Below, piece by piece: positions 1-10,053 of a DNA stretch of 64,000 nt. The notes beneath the pieces are model-generated. The model saw nothing but the letters and a program-made list of their open reading frames with translations. It ran no database searches and was not told where the DNA came from. A program made the translations under genes and the position numbers. The stretch is taken from the NCBI GenBank assembly GCA_964525295.1, contig CAZGEO010000001.1, positions 312,662 to 376,661 on the forward strand, read 5' to 3'. This DNA is from an uncultured Candidatus Saccharibacteria bacterium (GTDB taxonomy: Bacteria > Patescibacteriota > Dojkabacteria > GCA-002793355). The stretch's first letter is position 1; every line of letters starts with the position of its first letter.

Positions 1-1309
1 ATCTAGCGTATAAATCAAGACCATCGGTGCTCGTAAAAACCTTGAAATATTGCACATCAGCAGGGATTTCGAATGAATCGACTGCAACATGTACATTCCG
101 TTGCTTAGAATAGGGTTCATTACGATCAAATAATCTATTCTCGCCGAAGACTGCTACTGTTCCAACACCTCCGTCATATTTATCCCTATACGAATTTTTA
201 TACCACTCGTAAAGAATTTTTCTCACTTTTGCAAATCCTTTGTGCTCTGCTCTCGCATATCCTGAAGAAATTTGATCAAATTCTTTATTAGTCGGACTTG
301 TTAGTGATCTAACATGAATTTCCCCTTTCTTGTCTACCCAAATAGCCGTTGAACGAGCATCACCAACAACAGCACTCGTAATTCTCTTTCTTCCATCACT
401 CAAAATTCTTGTAACGGTAAATGCACCAGTAGCATGAGGATTATCTAACGAAGCATCTTTTTTTGATTCAGAGACTTTTTCGGTAAAAAATAAATTAAAA
501 GTATCAACGGCTTCTAACATCTCATCAACTGAATTAACGTTTGCAAATTTCCTTTGCACCTCTTCATTCTTATAAGCTTCAAGTGCAGCATCACGTGCAA
601 TTATGTCTGCATTCTCAATACCAGGAACGGTCACTCCATCAGTTGAGATATTAACTACAACAGATTCTTTTGTATCTTCATTGGTTGCAAAAATTTCTGC
701 GCCGCTGTCGGCAGATTGATTAAAATTTGATTGACACTTTGCCCCATTCTTTACAATCCTAGGAATTTGCAATTGCGTTGTTGTTATTCCATTTTTAAGT
801 TTTTGCTTCTTTATTGATTGACAGACTTCTAACGAAGACAACCAAGGCGGTGGAGGAGAATCTACTTCAGCGTCTTCTTTGATTAATACATCATTAAGTA
901 TCGCAAGAGTTTCAATAACGTACGGGTTACCCACAAAACCTAAAGGGACATCCAGTCGTTGTTCTACGAGAAAATTCAATCGAGCTTGCAATTCAAATAT
1001 TTGCTCAGTTGTTCCACTTGCAAGACCAATTACTTCGCCATTAAGCATTAAGGTAACTCGTTGCTTAACCCCTGCTAACCAATCTCTTTCGGGTGCTAAT
1101 ATATCTTCTAACGTCAAAGGTAATTCTTTTTTTGCAATTTCTTCGATCTGTAATGAAATTTCTCTCATTTCTGAAACCATATAAGCCATACGTAGCAATG
1201 GAATAGCTTCTAGATCACCTGAAGTTAAACCGTGAGTAATCTCAATCAAAGCATTACCATCACGAATAGTATTGCTATACGCTTTTATTTCCCCCTTTTT
1301 CGGGTTCAT
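1..1309 (-). CDS. Hypothetical protein, partial. The N-terminus is in the window and the C-terminus runs off the window start.
   Basis: My manual reverse-complement translation from ATG (1309..1307) gives an uninterrupted frame to position 1, at least 436 codons: MNPKKGEIKAYSNTIRDGNALIEITHGLTSGDLEAIP... No minus-strand ORF appears in the provided track for this region, which fits a frame open to the window edge. The segment SAVVGDARSTAIW weakly resembles the PP2C phosphatase GDSR motif. That resemblance is unverified. Confidence 0.5.
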   Translation of the reverse strand, partial: MNPKKGEIKAYSNTIRDGNALIEITHGLTSGDLEAIPLLRMAYMVSEMREISLQIEEIAKKELPLTLEDILAPERDWLAGVKQRVTLMLNGEVIGLASGTTEQIFELQARLNFLVEQRLDVPLGFVGNPYVIETLAILNDVLIKEDAEVDSPPPPWLSSLEVCQSIKKQKLKNGITTTQLQIPRIVKNGAKCQSNFNQSADSGAEIFATNEDTKESVVVNISTDGVTVPGIENADIIARDAALEAYKNEEVQRKFANVNSVDEMLEAVDTFNLFFTEKVSESKKDASLDNPHATGAFTVTRILSDGRKRITSAVVGDARSTAIWVDKKGEIHVRSLTSPTNKEFDQISSGYARAEHKGFAKVRKILYEWYKNSYRDKYDGGVGTVAVFGENRLFDRNEPYSKQRNVHVAVDSFEIPADVQYFKVFTSTDGLDLYAR

Positions 1310-1320
1310 GCTTGTTGATT

Positions 1321-1692
1321 CTAGACCTGTGTTCCCAAGTCGACATATGGCAACAATGCCAAATATCGTGCTCGGTGAATAGCTTCTTTGAGTGAGCGTT
1401 GATGCCCTGCACAAACGCCAGACTTAATTCGTGGAATAATTTTTCCACGAACAGACATAAATTTCTTTAACAATGCGACATCGTAATACTTGATATCTGC
1501 ACGAGAAAGTTTCATATCGCACATTGGGCAGGTATCAGGAACCATCGCCTGTTGTGAGTGGTGTCTATCGTCTGATTCTGTTTCGATAGATGAAAGAGTG
1601 TCGATGCTTGCTACATCAGACAAAACTCGCTTTGTATCTGCTTTGACATCGCCAATTACGGCCTCTGTCATATCTTTTACTCGTTTAACCAT
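1321..1692 (-). CDS. rpsR: 30S ribosomal protein S18, with an N-terminal extension of about 45 aa.
   Basis: C-terminal [48 protein letters not shown] matches the conserved S18 core. The gene lies directly downstream of ssb, as in the canonical rpsF-ssb-rpsR operon. Confidence 0.85.
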   Translation of the reverse strand: MVKRVKDMTEAVIGDVKADTKRVLSDVASIDTLSSIETESDDRHHSQQAMVPDTCPMCDMKLSRADIKYYDVALLKKFMSVRGKIIPRIKSGVCAGHQRSLKEAIHRARYLALLPYVDLGTQV

Positions 1693-1716
1693 ATTTCTTT
1701 ATTCAATAAGTTATTA

Positions 1717-2229
1717 CTAAAAAGGTAGATCGTCGTCAGCAACAGGTGCATTTTTTGCTGCGGATGAAGAAGGTTTTGCTTCTTCAAGACCTTGCGCAAT
1801 TGCATCAAGATCAAACTCACCATCATTGCCCTTTGATTCTGGCTCGCCCGGTGTTGCTGCCATATCATCATGAGCTGCTGGTTTGCCTGCTCTATCTAAA
1901 ATTGTTACGACATCTGCTTGAATTCTTGCATCTTTGCTTACCAATTTTCCAGAATCGTCACGATTCTCGCGATACGTTAAAAAGCCTTCGATGTACACTT
2001 GCAACCCTTTAGTAAGATATTTTGCAAGGTTCTCGTAGAATTTCCCCCACGCACTAACTCGGTGAAAAGTTGCTTCTTCATGCATTTCGCCATTAGCATT
2101 CTTCCATGCGCGATTGGTTGCAACAGTAAATCCGCAAACTGGAGTACCCGAGGCGGTGTAATTAACTTCTGCATCACGGGTAAGATTCCCGATGAGCATT
2201 ACTTTGTTGAGAGATCTTCTTGCTGGCAT
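1717..2229 (-). CDS. ssb: Single-stranded DNA-binding protein.
   Basis: N-terminal OB-fold sequence MLIGNLTRDAEVNYTASGTPVCGFTVATNRAW plus the acidic C-terminal tail ending DDDLPF, which is the SSB hallmark. It sits between rpsF and rpsR. Confidence 0.9.
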   Translation of the reverse strand: MPARRSLNKVMLIGNLTRDAEVNYTASGTPVCGFTVATNRAWKNANGEMHEEATFHRVSAWGKFYENLAKYLTKGLQVYIEGFLTYRENRDDSGKLVSKDARIQADVVTILDRAGKPAAHDDMAATPGEPESKGNDGEFDLDAIAQGLEEAKPSSSAAKNAPVADDDLPF

Positions 2230-2263
2230 CTGTTACTTGATAAGCTTAGTTGTATTACTATAC

Positions 2264-2677
2264 CTATTTCTTTGATTTTTTGCTATCAGATTCCTCTTTG
2301 GTAACTGTTCGCTTAACTTTGATTTTTGGAGCTGCAATATCTTTAACGTCTTTTCTCAAAATCAAGTAGCGTAAGATTTCAGGGTGTCGGTTCATGAGTT
2401 TCTTGATATTGTCCATTTCAGCTGACAATGCTTCGAATTGATACATGACGTAATAACCTTCGACATGTGTGTCGATTTCATAAGCTAAATATCGCTTTCC
2501 CCAAATGTCACGAACGGTCACAGTTCCTTTTGCATCGTTGATAATTTGTTCAACTCTTGCATCTGCTTCGTTGCGAACTTTATCTGGTAAAAATGGCTTG
2601 AAAACTACGACCATTTCGTAAGGCACTGGTTTTCGGGCCACGGTTAAGATTGTTTCTTCTGTTTTTCTCTTTGCCAT
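2264..2677 (-). CDS. rpsF: 30S ribosomal protein S6.
   Basis: The S6 core VPYEMVVVFKPFLPDKV...GKRYLAYEI...YYVMYQFEA is present. I chose the internal ATG at 2677 (MAKRK...) because an extended -10 box sits 7 nt upstream of it. The track ORF extends to 2740. Confidence 0.8.
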   Translation of the reverse strand: MAKRKTEETILTVARKPVPYEMVVVFKPFLPDKVRNEADARVEQIINDAKGTVTVRDIWGKRYLAYEIDTHVEGYYVMYQFEALSAEMDNIKKLMNRHPEILRYLILRKDVKDIAAPKIKVKRTVTKEESDSKKSKK

Positions 2678-2684
2678 AGTGGGA

Positions 2685-2693
2685 ATTATAACA
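2685..2693 (-). promoter_or_regulatory. Extended -10 promoter element TGTTATAAT, 7 nt upstream of the rpsF ATG. Implies a leaderless transcript.
   Basis: Minus-strand sequence is TGTTATAATTCCCACTATG. The same TGnTATAATTCCaCC-ATG arrangement is seen at rpsT. Confidence 0.45.
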
Positions 2694-2742
2694 CAGTTAC
2701 CGTAAAGCGCAACGGTATTTGAGCCATCATTCAAGGTCAAAA

Positions 2743-3183
2743 TTACTTAACTACCCTAAATGAGATTGTCTTATTTAAAAAATATTGCATTACCGCAACT
2801 ATTACAATTGAAATAATTTTGACCGGTAATAATTCTATTTTTAAAAGATCATGCAATAACCATATAATTATACTGCTGACAAAAATTCCAAAAAGACCGA
2901 CAAGATAAAACGATAATAATCTAACCAACAAGTTATCTGTTTGCCTAAAATTGAGATAAGCATTGAGGAAAAAATTCGTAACAATACCAAGAGACATTGA
3001 TATTGCGTTAACAATAACGACGTAAGCCGTATAAGGAATGCCAAAAGGTGCAGATACGTTATTGATTACCAAAAACAAGAAAACTGTATCAACTGTTAAC
3101 CCACAAAAACCGATTAAAATATAATTAAAAAATGAACTATGCTTATTGTAATATTCAACCAACTTCTCAATAAACGGTGACAT
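2743..3183 (-). CDS. GtrA-family small polytopic membrane protein. Putative flippase or accessory partner for the adjacent GT2.
   Basis: 146 aa with four predicted TM helices. It ends 2 nt before the upstream GT2 gene, in a GtrA/GtrB-like pairing. Confidence 0.6.
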   Translation of the reverse strand: MSPFIEKLVEYYNKHSSFFNYILIGFCGLTVDTVFLFLVINNVSAPFGIPYTAYVVIVNAISMSLGIVTNFFLNAYLNFRQTDNLLVRLLSFYLVGLFGIFVSSIIIWLLHDLLKIELLPVKIISIVIVAVMQYFLNKTISFRVVK

Positions 3184-3184
3184 A

Positions 3185-3919
3185 TTATGATTTTGACAAA
3201 TTGTAGTGAATGATTTCGCGTAGCGCCTTGAAACCGTCTTGAAAAGCTTTCATGTGTTTTCCTTCAGCCATAGTTCTAGGATAATACTTAATCGGCAATT
3301 GCGCAAAGCGTAATCCCTTCTGTTTTGAAAATTTTGCGGTAATTTCGGGTTCAAAACCAAAGTTCGAGGTTGCAGTTAACGAAGCTGCTAGATTGCGAAA
3401 CATATCACCTTTTGCCATCTTATAACAAACTTCCATATCTCGAGGCCACATACCTGAGCGCAAACCTGTAAATATCGCAGAAATGAAACTGAGAAGCGTA
3501 TTCCCTAGCCAATTTTGGATGTAAACAACTTCATTTTTAATGCCAAATCGATTACCGTAAACGACATCTAATTGTTCAGCCACAATTTTCTGATATAAAC
3601 GTACTAAATCGGCTGGTTCATATTCTAGGTCAGCATCTTGAATTACCACATATTCCCCTTTTGTTGCGAGAATACCTTTTTTGACTGCTTGCGACTTCCC
3701 TGCTGCGGTATTGTTAGTCAATATGGTGATATTTTCGTATTTTCTTGATAAGAATTCAGCAACTTGCGCAGTTGAATCGGTTGAGCCATCATTTACAATA
3801 ATGATCTCAAAGGTCACTACATCCCCTAAAGAAGCAACTACCTTCTCTACGATCGATTGCAATGTTTTCTCCTCATTTTTTGCCGGAATAACCAACGATA
3901 AATTCATACCAGGTATCAT
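3185..3919 (-). CDS. Family 2 glycosyltransferase (DPM1/GtrB-like polyprenol-phosphate sugar transferase).
   Basis: LSLVIPAKNEE...IIIVNDGSTDST...VVIQDADLEYEP shows the GT-A fold with a DxD motif. Confidence 0.75.
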   Translation of the reverse strand: MIPGMNLSLVIPAKNEEKTLQSIVEKVVASLGDVVTFEIIIVNDGSTDSTAQVAEFLSRKYENITILTNNTAAGKSQAVKKGILATKGEYVVIQDADLEYEPADLVRLYQKIVAEQLDVVYGNRFGIKNEVVYIQNWLGNTLLSFISAIFTGLRSGMWPRDMEVCYKMAKGDMFRNLAASLTATSNFGFEPEITAKFSKQKGLRFAQLPIKYYPRTMAEGKHMKAFQDGFKALREIIHYNLSKS

Positions 3920-3951
3920 AACACATATAATGAAAAAGAGTTATCTAAAAG

Positions 3952-4887
3952 ATGATAGAATTGCGCATGCTAAAAACTCCAATTTTATTCACCATATTTA
4001 ATCGTGAAGATACTGCATCTCAGGTTTTCGCCCAAATAAAGGCGATTAAACCGCAAAAACTATACATTGCATCAGATGGCCCAAGACAAAATAAAGAAAA
4101 GGAAGCTGAAATTGTTGAGAAGATTCGCAAAAACATACTCTCAGCAATTGATTGGAAATGTGAAGTAAAAACTCTATTTAGGGAAACTAATCTCGGTTGC
4201 AAAAATGCTCTCAGTTCTGGCATAACATGGTTTTTTGAGCAGGAAGAAGATGGCATCATACTCGAAGATGATTGCGTACCACACCCTACTTTCTTTGAAT
4301 ACGCAGAAAAAATGCTTGAGAAATACAGAAATGATGATCGAATTATGGTTATTTCAGGCACCAACTACCTACCAAACAATACAGAAACTGCAGACGAGGC
4401 ATACTTCATTCGCTATTTTGCCATCTGGGGTTGGGCTACCTGGCGTCGAGCTTGGCAAAAATATGACATCTCTATGAAGGATTGGCCCGCACAGAAAAAA
4501 TCGAAAATTCTCTACAAATATTTCGAAGAACCGCAAATTGCAAGACATTTTGAATCACTGTTCGATGATCTTTATCAAAATAATAACAACACCTGGGATA
4601 TACAATGGGTACATACCTGCTTATTCAATAACGCACTAGCGGTAGTCCCAAGCAAGAATTTAATATCTAATGTAGGTACCACTTCTGGAACTCACACAAC
4701 AACCAAAAAATCATGGGTTAGCGAAATGCCTACGTACTCACTTAATTGTGATCAACTGCAAATTCCAGACAGAGTATTTCCTGATGTTCAAAAAGAAACT
4801 GAATTATTCACACGAATTGGGGCAATAAAACCATTCGGGCGATTGCGATTAACGCTCCGTACAATTAAAAATGCTATCATACGTTAA
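3952..4887 (+). CDS. Putative glycosyltransferase, GT13/GNT-I-like nucleotide-diphospho-sugar transferase.
   Basis: ILEDDCVPHPTFFEYAEKM resembles the GnT-I EDD motif (xEDDLEVAPDFFEYF). The N-terminal TIFNREDT is also GnT-I-like. The gene is embedded in the glycosyltransferase cluster. Confidence 0.5.
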   Translation: MIELRMLKTPILFTIFNREDTASQVFAQIKAIKPQKLYIASDGPRQNKEKEAEIVEKIRKNILSAIDWKCEVKTLFRETNLGCKNALSSGITWFFEQEEDGIILEDDCVPHPTFFEYAEKMLEKYRNDDRIMVISGTNYLPNNTETADEAYFIRYFAIWGWATWRRAWQKYDISMKDWPAQKKSKILYKYFEEPQIARHFESLFDDLYQNNNNTWDIQWVHTCLFNNALAVVPSKNLISNVGTTSGTHTTTKKSWVSEMPTYSLNCDQLQIPDRVFPDVQKETELFTRIGAIKPFGRLRLTLRTIKNAIIR

Positions 4888-4890
4888 CAT

Positions 4891-5640
4891 ATGAACCAGA
4901 AAATATCGATAATCTGTGCTGTTTTCAATAACGCTAGTGGACTGAAAACAACATTAGAAAACATTGCTCAACAAACATACGACAACTACGAAGTCATTGT
5001 TATCGACGCTGCCTCAACCGATAATACCAAAGATGTAATATCGCAATTCTCAAATTTAATTACCTACTCTAGTAGCGAACCAGACCGCGGTATCTACGAT
5101 GGAATGAATAAAGGAATAGCGAAAGCAACTGGCGAATGGACTGTTTTCATGAATGGTGGTGATATTTTCTATAGTAATGAAACCCTTAGTAATGTCGCAA
5201 GAGAATTTGATGAATCAACAGATGTTATTTACGGCCAAAATATTCATGCATTCCCTGACGGAGTAAAAAAATTGCGAAAGCATAACGGCATTAAACATAT
5301 TTGGAAAGGGTTACAATTTTCCCATCAATCGATGTACGCTCGCAGGCAACTTTTTGTAGATTATCCCTATAAATTTGAGTACAAATTAGCAGCTGACTAC
5401 GATTTTATTATGCACTGCGTTTATGCTGGTAAACAATTCAAAAAACTCGATTTTCCGCTATCTATTACTGAGCCAGGAGGACGTTCAGATAAAAAACGAG
5501 TGCAATTATTTGAAGAACAGCTCAAAATTTATCGTTCATATGAAAGGAATATACTTCGCGAAATAGCACTTCTCACTCGACTTTTTCTTGCAAAGTTATT
5601 AAACTTTTCTCTTCTGCAAAAACTCTTCAATAAGGGCTAG
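4891..5640 (+). CDS. Family 2 glycosyltransferase.
   Basis: ISIICAVFNNASGLKTTLENIAQQTYDNYEVIVIDAASTDNT is a GT2 signature. It is paralogous to the 9253-10053 gene. Confidence 0.75.
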   Translation: MNQKISIICAVFNNASGLKTTLENIAQQTYDNYEVIVIDAASTDNTKDVISQFSNLITYSSSEPDRGIYDGMNKGIAKATGEWTVFMNGGDIFYSNETLSNVAREFDESTDVIYGQNIHAFPDGVKKLRKHNGIKHIWKGLQFSHQSMYARRQLFVDYPYKFEYKLAADYDFIMHCVYAGKQFKKLDFPLSITEPGGRSDKKRVQLFEEQLKIYRSYERNILREIALLTRLFLAKLLNFSLLQKLFNKG

Positions 5641-6954
5641 ACGCACGCCATATCTAGTAAAAATTCCTTGCCCTTTAATCGCACCTAACAACAAACTACC
5701 GATGAAATCAGGTTCATAAAGCAACATACTGAAAATCATTGATACTGTTAAAGAACCCAAATTAACCCAAGCTGCTCCTACTGCTCCGAACATCGGAATT
5801 ACTAATAAATTACCGAGCGTATTTGTTACCGCGTTGACGAGACTTACCCAAAGAATTTTATTTTGCTTATCTTCAATAATGACGAAGTTATTCCAGATAG
5901 AACCCCAGAAAATTGGAATATTACTCCAGGCATAGATTCTAAGAATTTCACCCGCCAATTGATACTTTTCTCCAAATACCACAGCTATCAACCAAGGGGC
6001 AAATAACGATAGACCAATTGTTACGATGAAGCCCAACCAGAAAACAGTCGTTGTTATCAACTGCATGCGATATTTGTACAATTCTTCTGATTCTTTCTTT
6101 GCTTGTACAACACTCGGAAAAGCAGAATTCGAGAGCGCACTCGATAAAACGATTGCGATTTCTGCAATCATTACAGCAGTGGCGTATTGTCCTAAGGCCG
6201 CTTTACTAAGGATTAGCAAACCTAGTAAAAGCTGATCAACGCGAGCTCCAAGCATCGCAATAAATGAATTGGTAAGAAGTGGAATACCACTTTTTAGATT
6301 GTCAAAAATATATTTCGTATCAATTTGCCATGCGACTTTTCTTTCACGAATTCGTAGATAAAAAGGCCATAACAAACCCCACCCTAACGCAAGCTCCAAC
6401 CCACCCAAAGCAACAAAGACCAATACATTTTGCATTTGATATATAGCTACGAGTTTCGCAAGAGCAATTACTATCGCAGCAATATTACGTGCAATTACAG
6501 GATATTTTGACTGCACTCTCGACTGAAACCAGTCATCAAAGATGATAAATGAGTTAAAAACATATGCTATCGATAAAATACCAACCGCCATTGTTTGAAT
6601 ACTCCATCCTGATTGCAGGTAAGCAATCAACAAAGCCATTGCCGAAGTTATTGATGCTGCGGCAAATTTTAATGAAAAAGCGGTACCAATGATTTTTTCT
6701 TCTGGAACTTCTTTTTTAGCAAAATCTCGAATGAGAAGTTGATCGATACCGAGCGAACCAATTACCGAAAAAAAGGAAATGAATACAAAGCCATAGTTAT
6801 ATATTCCCCAATTTTCATCACCCAAGTAACGTGCGACTTGCACACCAACTAATAACCCAACAAGCTTCTTTACAAACACATCTAAAAGCAACCAAATTGT
6901 ATTTTTGCCTGCAGAAAAAAGTGTGGCACGCTGTTTTAAACTTTCTAGAGCCAT
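5599..6954 (-). CDS. Wzx-type polysaccharide flippase (MOP superfamily, polysaccharide biosynthesis protein).
   Basis: About 450 aa with roughly 12-14 TM helices. The typical N-terminus MALESLKQRATLFSAGKN is present, so I chose the internal ATG at 6954. The 3' end overlaps the convergent GT2 gene by 42 bp. Confidence 0.7.
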   Translation of the reverse strand: MALESLKQRATLFSAGKNTIWLLLDVFVKKLVGLLVGVQVARYLGDENWGIYNYGFVFISFFSVIGSLGIDQLLIRDFAKKEVPEEKIIGTAFSLKFAAASITSAMALLIAYLQSGWSIQTMAVGILSIAYVFNSFIIFDDWFQSRVQSKYPVIARNIAAIVIALAKLVAIYQMQNVLVFVALGGLELALGWGLLWPFYLRIRERKVAWQIDTKYIFDNLKSGIPLLTNSFIAMLGARVDQLLLGLLILSKAALGQYATAVMIAEIAIVLSSALSNSAFPSVVQAKKESEELYKYRMQLITTTVFWLGFIVTIGLSLFAPWLIAVVFGEKYQLAGEILRIYAWSNIPIFWGSIWNNFVIIEDKQNKILWVSLVNAVTNTLGNLLVIPMFGAVGAAWVNLGSLTVSMIFSMLLYEPDFIGSLLLGAIKGQGIFTRYGVRLALIEEFLQKRKV

Positions 6955-6986
6955 AGGTGATTGTAGCACGCGTGGTACAATCAGTA

Positions 6987-8162
6987 ATGAAACGATTTTT
7001 AACGTTTTTGAAAAATGAATATCGCCATTGGAAAGCATATTTCAAATATCGACCACTCTTCAATGTCAATAAAACTGCCCATGCCCAAAATGCACTTGTC
7101 TCATACATAACTGAGCCATTTGTAAATGCGCCTTCTGTCGCACACACAAACTTGCAAGAAGCTCTGGCTTTAGCAAAAATTTTGGATGAATTGAAGTTTA
7201 ATGTAGATGTTATGCAATATGACGACAATTCATTAATTGATTATTCCAAATATTCTTTCATTATTGGATTTGGCGAACCATTAATTAATTCGTATTACGC
7301 ACCAGAAACTCCCAAAAATTGCATTCGTGTTTTTTATGGAACTGGAATGCACATTAATGACCAAAATCATGCGACATTAAAACGGGTAAAAGAAGTTTTT
7401 GAAAAAACTGGAAAATGGTTTCCCTCTGCGGGCAGAATCGTAGATAAAGCCTGGACGATTCAAACAACACTTGTCGACGCTATCATAACGTTCGGTGAAG
7501 ATAAACTAATTGAAGGTTATCGAAAATTTTATTCAGGCCCAATATTGAAAATTCCGGTGACTTCCTACGAAACATTCTCCGGAGATGATTTCATCGACAC
7601 AAAAGACTTCTCGCAAGCAAAAAATCACTTTTACTTTCAAGGTGGAACTCAGGGCAGTATTCACCGTAGTCTCGACCTCTTGTTAGAGTATTTCGACAAG
7701 CATCCAGCAAAACATCTTCATATCGCAACTTCTTTTAAGATGGAAAAAGGATTTGAAGAGGCATATCATGAACAACTCTATAATCGTCCAAATATTCATA
7801 CCTATGGGTTTATTTCGCACAAATCAGAAACTGCACGCAACATTCTCAATACCTGCGCATTCTTAATTTTCCCTTCTTGCTCTGAAGGTACTTCTACTTC
7901 AGTTATAAACCTTATGCGAGGAGGGCTAATTCCACTTGTCACAGAGCAAACTGGATTACCTAAAAAGGACTTCATTATTTCAATTGATGAAATCTCTGCA
8001 AAAGGCATTGAAAATACAATAGCACAAACAGAAACGTTGACTGCGACAGAGCTCAAAAAGATGAGTAAAGAAAGTTACACTTTCACAAGAGCAACATACA
8101 CACTTGAAGAGCACACAAAGAAAATGAAAGAAGCTATTAAGACAGTCTTACAACATGAATAA
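6987..8162 (+). CDS. Glycosyltransferase, probably GT4 (group 1).
   Basis: IFPSCSEGTSTSVINLMRGGLIPLVTEQTG resembles the GT-B EX7E/nucleotide-binding region. The start is ambiguous between GTG at 6957 and ATG at 6987. Confidence 0.5.
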   Translation: MKRFLTFLKNEYRHWKAYFKYRPLFNVNKTAHAQNALVSYITEPFVNAPSVAHTNLQEALALAKILDELKFNVDVMQYDDNSLIDYSKYSFIIGFGEPLINSYYAPETPKNCIRVFYGTGMHINDQNHATLKRVKEVFEKTGKWFPSAGRIVDKAWTIQTTLVDAIITFGEDKLIEGYRKFYSGPILKIPVTSYETFSGDDFIDTKDFSQAKNHFYFQGGTQGSIHRSLDLLLEYFDKHPAKHLHIATSFKMEKGFEEAYHEQLYNRPNIHTYGFISHKSETARNILNTCAFLIFPSCSEGTSTSVINLMRGGLIPLVTEQTGLPKKDFIISIDEISAKGIENTIAQTETLTATELKKMSKESYTFTRATYTLEEHTKKMKEAIKTVLQHE

Positions 8163-9249
8163 GATATTTTTTGATCATCAAACATTTTCATTACACCGAT
8201 TTGGTGGAGTATCAAGAGTATTTACTCGCGAAATTGAGGGATTACAAAAATATTCCGATTTACAAATCGAATTAGGAATCGTCAAATCTGAAAACGAAAA
8301 TCTACTCAATTCGACACTCAAACATTACTATTACAAATTTCCGTTTCAATTTAAGGGAAAAACGAAACTTACCTATTTTCTTAATGGACTTTATTCACGT
8401 TTCAGATTGGCAACAAACAGCTACGATATCATCCATCCAACGTTAACTGATACTTATTTTTTACCTTATTTGAAGAAAAGTAAGCTGGTTATTACTATCC
8501 ACGATCTCGTGCCCATACTCTACCCCGAAATGATGGGAAAAAGTAACGAAAAAATTGGCGATCAGATGAAATTACTAGCTCCAAAAGCAGATCATATTAT
8601 TGCGGTATCTCATGCAACAAAAGCCGATATTATCGAACACCTAAGAATACCAGAAGAACGAATAACTGTGGCTCAACTTGGAGGTATCGATAATACTGAA
8701 CCAATTGCTCCGACGCAAAAACTTCCTGCGAAGTATATTTTGTATGACGGGGTAAGAGATGGTTATAAAAATTTCAAGAAAATGCTACATGCGATAGTGC
8801 CAATACTCAAAACCGAAGACATTTATCTCATTTGTATGGGCAAAACATTTACAGATTTTGAAAAAGCTCTTTTTAGTGAATTAGGTGTTAGCGAAAAAAT
8901 TCTTCATCAACACGTTCCTAATGACAATGTTCTTCTCTATATGTTCAAAAACGCGACTCTTTTTGTATATCCTTCATTTAAGGAAGGATTTGGAATTCCC
9001 TTACTACAAGCATTTTCTTTCGGTACAACTGTAGCTGCTAGCGATATCGCCATATTTAAGGAAGTTGCTCAAGATCAGGCGTTTTATTTTGACCCAAACT
9101 CAGAAGAGAGTATTCTTGCAACAGTAAGAAATGCTCTTAATGCGCCAAAAACTGAGATAATCCAAGAACGCAGAAAGTCAATTTATCGATCTTTCAGCTG
9201 GAAAAGGCATGTTGATACATTATATCAAGCATATAAATCACTTCTATAA
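8155..9249 (+). CDS. Group 1 (GT4) glycosyltransferase.
   Basis: LFVYPSFKEGFGIPLLQAFSFGTTVAASD is the canonical GT4 C-terminal motif. Confidence 0.7.
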   Translation: MNKIFFDHQTFSLHRFGGVSRVFTREIEGLQKYSDLQIELGIVKSENENLLNSTLKHYYYKFPFQFKGKTKLTYFLNGLYSRFRLATNSYDIIHPTLTDTYFLPYLKKSKLVITIHDLVPILYPEMMGKSNEKIGDQMKLLAPKADHIIAVSHATKADIIEHLRIPEERITVAQLGGIDNTEPIAPTQKLPAKYILYDGVRDGYKNFKKMLHAIVPILKTEDIYLICMGKTFTDFEKALFSELGVSEKILHQHVPNDNVLLYMFKNATLFVYPSFKEGFGIPLLQAFSFGTTVAASDIAIFKEVAQDQAFYFDPNSEESILATVRNALNAPKTEIIQERRKSIYRSFSWKRHVDTLYQAYKSLL

Positions 9250-9252
9250 ACC

Positions 9253-10053
9253 ATGACATTACCAAAAATTACCGTAGCTACCGTTTGCAGAAATACTGCA
9301 AATACAATAGAAGAAACACTACAAAATATTCTTTCTCAGAATTATGAGAACCTTGAATTCATCGTAATCGATGGAGCTTCTACTGATGGCACGTTAAAAA
9401 TTTTAGAAAAATATAAAAAGCATTTTACAAAATTTGTCAGTGAACCAGACAAAGGCACGTATGATGCAATGAACAAAGCAATCTCAATGGCCACAGGTGA
9501 ATGGATTATATTCATGAATGCGCAAGATCGATTTGTCTCTGCAGATACTCTGCAGACTATTGCACAATATTTAACTAACCAATACGACGTTGTTTACGGT
9601 GGATACTACTTTGAGCATGTCTTTGGCGTAACTGAATATAGACCGCCAATTTCAATAGAACAACTTTGGAAAGGTATGAATATTTGCCATCAAGCCGTGT
9701 TTACCAGACTGTCATTTTTGAAGGAATATCCCTACAATTTGGATTATAGAATTGTTGCAGATTATGATGCGATTCTACATCAATACTACGTGCAGAATGC
9801 GAGATTTTTAGCAGCAGAAATTCCTGTTTCGATTCTTCGCGGAGGTGGTATTTCTGATAAAAAGAGAATTCAATCAATACAGCAACAAATTCTTGTTGCT
9901 GAAAAATATGACCACTCGATATCTCACAAAATTTGGCGTAGGTTCAACCTACTTAATCGTATGTTTCGAGTTTTCATTCGAGATTTAGTACCAAAATCAC
10001 TTGTAAAGCGATACCTCGAAGTTACGAGGAATACAAAGAGAGCCGGCAAATAA
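9253..10053 (+). CDS. Family 2 glycosyltransferase.
   Basis: ITVATVCRNTANTIEETLQNILSQNYENLEFIVIDGASTDGT. It is paralogous to the 4891-5640 gene. Confidence 0.75.
   Translation: MTLPKITVATVCRNTANTIEETLQNILSQNYENLEFIVIDGASTDGTLKILEKYKKHFTKFVSEPDKGTYDAMNKAISMATGEWIIFMNAQDRFVSADTLQTIAQYLTNQYDVVYGGYYFEHVFGVTEYRPPISIEQLWKGMNICHQAVFTRLSFLKEYPYNLDYRIVADYDAILHQYYVQNARFLAAEIPVSILRGGGISDKKRIQSIQQQILVAEKYDHSISHKIWRRFNLLNRMFRVFIRDLVPKSLVKRYLEVTRNTKRAGK

Noticed and set aside
879-1184. Plus-strand 101-aa ORF.
   Set aside because: It lies entirely inside, and antisense to, the long minus-strand frame that is open from 1309 to the window edge. Its composition is low-complexity and it has no promoter or start context. 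I treat it as a shadow ORF.
1490-2012. Plus-strand ORFs 1490-1720 and 1746-2012, and minus-strand ORFs 1677-1871 and 1977-2177.
   Set aside because: They overlap the well-supported rpsR and ssb coding regions, or run antisense to them. These are typical shadow ORFs.
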